Of a stretch of DNA of 20,000 bases, positions 17,401 to 20,000 are shown piece by piece. The stretch's first letter is position 1. Every line of letters starts with the position of its first letter. This DNA is from Candidatus Lindowbacteria bacterium RIFCSPLOWO2_12_FULL_62_27 (lineage in GTDB: Bacteria > Lindowbacteria > 2-12-FULL-62-27): contig MFPR01000006.1 in assembly GCA_001784175.1 (NCBI GenBank), positions 246,226-266,225 of the forward strand, in the 5' to 3' direction. The translations under genes were made by a program, and so were the position numbers. The notes under the pieces were generated by a model, which searched no databases, was not told where the DNA came from, and saw only the letters and a list, made by a program, of their open reading frames with translations.

Positions 17401-20000
17401 CGTGAGCGGCAACACGGCCAACTCGAACGCGTCGAACGGCATCAACCTGGCCGCTTCCCTGAGCAACACGCTGACCGGCAACACGGCCGACGGCAATTCG
17501 AGCCGGGGCATTATTCTGTCAACCGGATCGACCGGAAACCGCGTGACCGGAAACCGCGTGTTCTCGAACGCCTATGGCGTCAGTCTCGGGATCAACTCGA
17601 CCGGCAATCTCGTCGCGCGAAACGCCGCCAATTCGAATACGACCAACGGCATTTACATCCAGAGCGCGAACAACGTCGTGACGCAAAACGACGTCCGGCT
17701 CAACACCCAGTATCAGATCTATCTCACGTCGGCGGCGACCGGCGCCGTCGTCGAGAAAAACAATATCCAGCCGTCGGGCGGCACCGACAGCGGAGCGTAT
17801 GTTCAGGCGCCGACGACGGGACTCCAGACTTTCACCCGCAACTGGTGGGGATCTCTGGATTCGGTAACAATAAAGAAGAGTGTCGTCCAGACAGCCAACG
17901 CCGATTCGGTCATCTGGCAGCCATTCCGGCTGGCGCAGGTCGACACCGCCGCCGGCGCCGACACGACCGCGCCGAAAGCGCCGGACACGGTGGCCGTGAT
18001 CGGCGCGCCGTCGGACACGTCGATTATCGTCGAGTGGTCGGCGGTGAGCGCGCTGGAAGAGACGAACGGCGGCGCGACGGGGCTGTCGGGGTATCGGGTG
18101 TACCGGAGCGCCGTCAAAGACACGTCGTCCTGGGTGAAAGTGGCGCAGACGGCGTCGGGCGTGATCCGGTGGCAGGACACGGATGCCGGGATCGGGACCC
18201 GGTACTATTACCGCGTGACGGCATTCGACACCGCGACGCCGTTCGAGAACGAGTCGTTCTTCTCGGACAGCCAGCCCTTCGACGCCGCGATGTTTGGCCC
18301 TCAGATCAACTGGTACGTGAACGACGGCTCCACCGCCGGCGACAGTTACACGTATGCGGCGGAACCGACACCGCGTCCGGCAAGGGGTCCGCTTCGGCGC
18401 CGTTCAAGTCTCTCGCCAAAGTCATGCAATTCGTGACCGCCGGCGACACGATCTGGCTGGACGCCGGCACATTCGGCGGCGACACATGGGAGATGATTTC
18501 GGCGACCGAAACCGCCGCCGTGAATCTGGATACGGACAACCTGGCGCTGATCGGCGTGGACTCGGGCGCGACGGTCATCGATCCGGCGGGGGTGAAGACG
18601 CTGGCCAATCTCTACGGCATCTACGCTGACACGCAAGTCGGCCTTGCGATCAAAAACATCGGCGTGACGGGGGCGTACGACGGGATTCATTTCTACAACG
18701 TGGACAATTCGACGATTGAAAACGACAGCGCAAGTTCAAACGGCAACTACGGCATTTACCTTCGCGTCAATTCAGACACCAACACGATGACCACCAACAC
18801 GGCCGGGTCGAATTTCTATGGCATCTATCTGACATCAAGTTCGAACAACAACACGTTGACGAGCAACACGGCCAGTTCGAATACAGATGGCATCTATCTG
18901 TCTTCGAGTTCGAACAACACGTTGACGAGCAACACGGCCAGTTCGAATACGGGCAACGGTATCCGTCTGGCCGTGAGTTCGAACAACAACACGTTGACGA
19001 GCAACACGGCCAGTTCGAATACGGACGGCATCTATCTGGATGCAAGTTCGAACAACACGTTGACGGGCAATACGGCCAGTTCGAATTCGAGCCTCGGCAT
19101 CTATCTGTACTCGAGCTCAAACAACACGGTGACGAGGAACACGGCCAGCTCGAATACGGGCTACGGCATCCGTCTGTATGCGAGTTCGAACAGCACAGTC
19201 CTTCAGAACGAGGTCAGGAACAACACCCAATATCAGTTCTATATCGAAGCGGCTTCCTCCTCCGACACCATCCAGAAAAACAACATCGTGACCTCCGGGA
19301 CGAATCCCGACAGCGGGGTCTACAACGCCTCGACCACCGCAACCAACAAATTCACCTTCACCCGCAACTGGTGGAACTCGACCGATACGGGCCGGATCAA
19401 GCAGATGATCTATCAGGCGTCGAACGGCGATTCCGTGATCTGGCAACCGTTCCGGCTGGGGCAGGTCGACACGGCGTCGGGCGCCGACACGACCGCGCCG
19501 AAAGCGCCGGACACGGTGGCGGTGGTGGGCGCGCCGTCGGACACGTCGATCATCCTCGAGTGGTCGGCGGTGAGCGCGAACGAGGAGACGGTGTCGGGCG
19601 GCGTAGGGCTGTCGGGCTACCGGGTCTACCGGAGCAAGACGAAGGATACGAGTTCCTGGACCCGCGTCGCGCAACGAGCGTCCGGCGTCATCCGGTATCA
19701 GGACACGGACGTGTCGCTGGGTGTGAACTATTACTACCGCGTGACGGCCTTCGACACGGCGGCGCCATTTGAGAACGAGTCATTCTTCTCGGACTCGCAA
19801 CCCTTCGATTCCGCGCAGGCGCAGTCGCGAGTGAACTGGTACGTGAACGATATCTACTCCGGCGACTCGTTCACCTACGTCGGCGGGTCGGACACGTCGG
19901 GTGACGGCACAGCGCAAAAGCCGTTCAAGTCTATCCCGAAGGCGATGTCGCTGGCGACATCGGGCGATACAATCTGGATCGACGCGGGGCTTTACGACTC
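11405..20000 (+). CDS. Giant secreted/surface protein: NHL-like repeats plus repeated [WYVND cap + parallel beta-helix (NosD/PbH1) + FN3] modules; frameshifted at ~18360; runs off the window
   Basis: Signal peptide ending PEAHA; five 61-aa GRLYxAD repeats; GI-x-L/NNT beta-helix repeats; three FN3 domains (LSGYRVYRS…YYYRVTAFD). The frame from 18361 is open to 20000 and continues the module pattern. The start position is uncertain. Confidence 0.88.
11540..12430 (+). repeat. Five intragenic 183-bp tandem repeats (NHL-like)
   Basis: GATGCCCAAGGGCGTCT occurs at 11642, 11825, 12008, 12191 and 12374. Confidence 0.95.
14057..16035 (+). repeat. ~450-bp near-identical intragenic direct repeat (14057-~14506 and 15583-~16035)
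   Basis: Both encode NTANSNGDGIKLLNSHGNTVSSNTAQSDT(Y)NGIV…DSNxANSNSDGIK; the first copy lacks one Tyr codon. Confidence 0.9.
18820..19190 (+). repeat. ~66-69-bp tandem beta-helix coding repeats
   Basis: Recurrent AGTTCGAACAAC(AAC)ACGTTGACGAGCAACACGGCCAGTTCGAATAC. Confidence 0.85.

Noticed and set aside
11540-19190. Diversity-generating retroelement TR/VR pairs among the intragenic repeats
   Set aside because: No reverse transcriptase is present in the window and mismatches are not adenine-specific.

Overview
This is a GC-rich bacterial window in three parts. (1) 1-5838: a respiratory operon encoding a Rieske protein, a 7-TM cytochrome b, and a cytochrome bd subunit-I-like protein with a C-terminal c-heme. 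Two translationally coupled genes for exported proteins with foreign-looking codon usage sit inside it: a MepA/M15-type peptidoglycan peptidase and a partner. (2) 5848-11415: a ~5.5-kb mosaic of small modules. These include three toxin-antitoxin loci, two retropepsin-like genes (one truncated), a two-gene membrane micro-operon and two surface-protein gene remnants. They are interspersed with 8 clear same-strand copies of a 20-25-bp junction motif and 5 whole or partial copies of a ~410-520-bp non-coding leader (sigma70 promoter, hairpin, CRP-type box). No recombinase or transposase is encoded in the window. This cassette-like array is the main candidate for an undescribed system. (3) 11405 to >20000: a giant secreted protein with NHL-like repeats followed by repeated [cap + parallel beta-helix + FN3] modules. 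Its probable start codon lies inside the junction motif, and it has a 1-nt frameshift at ~18360. All family calls come from motif recognition by eye, not database searches.
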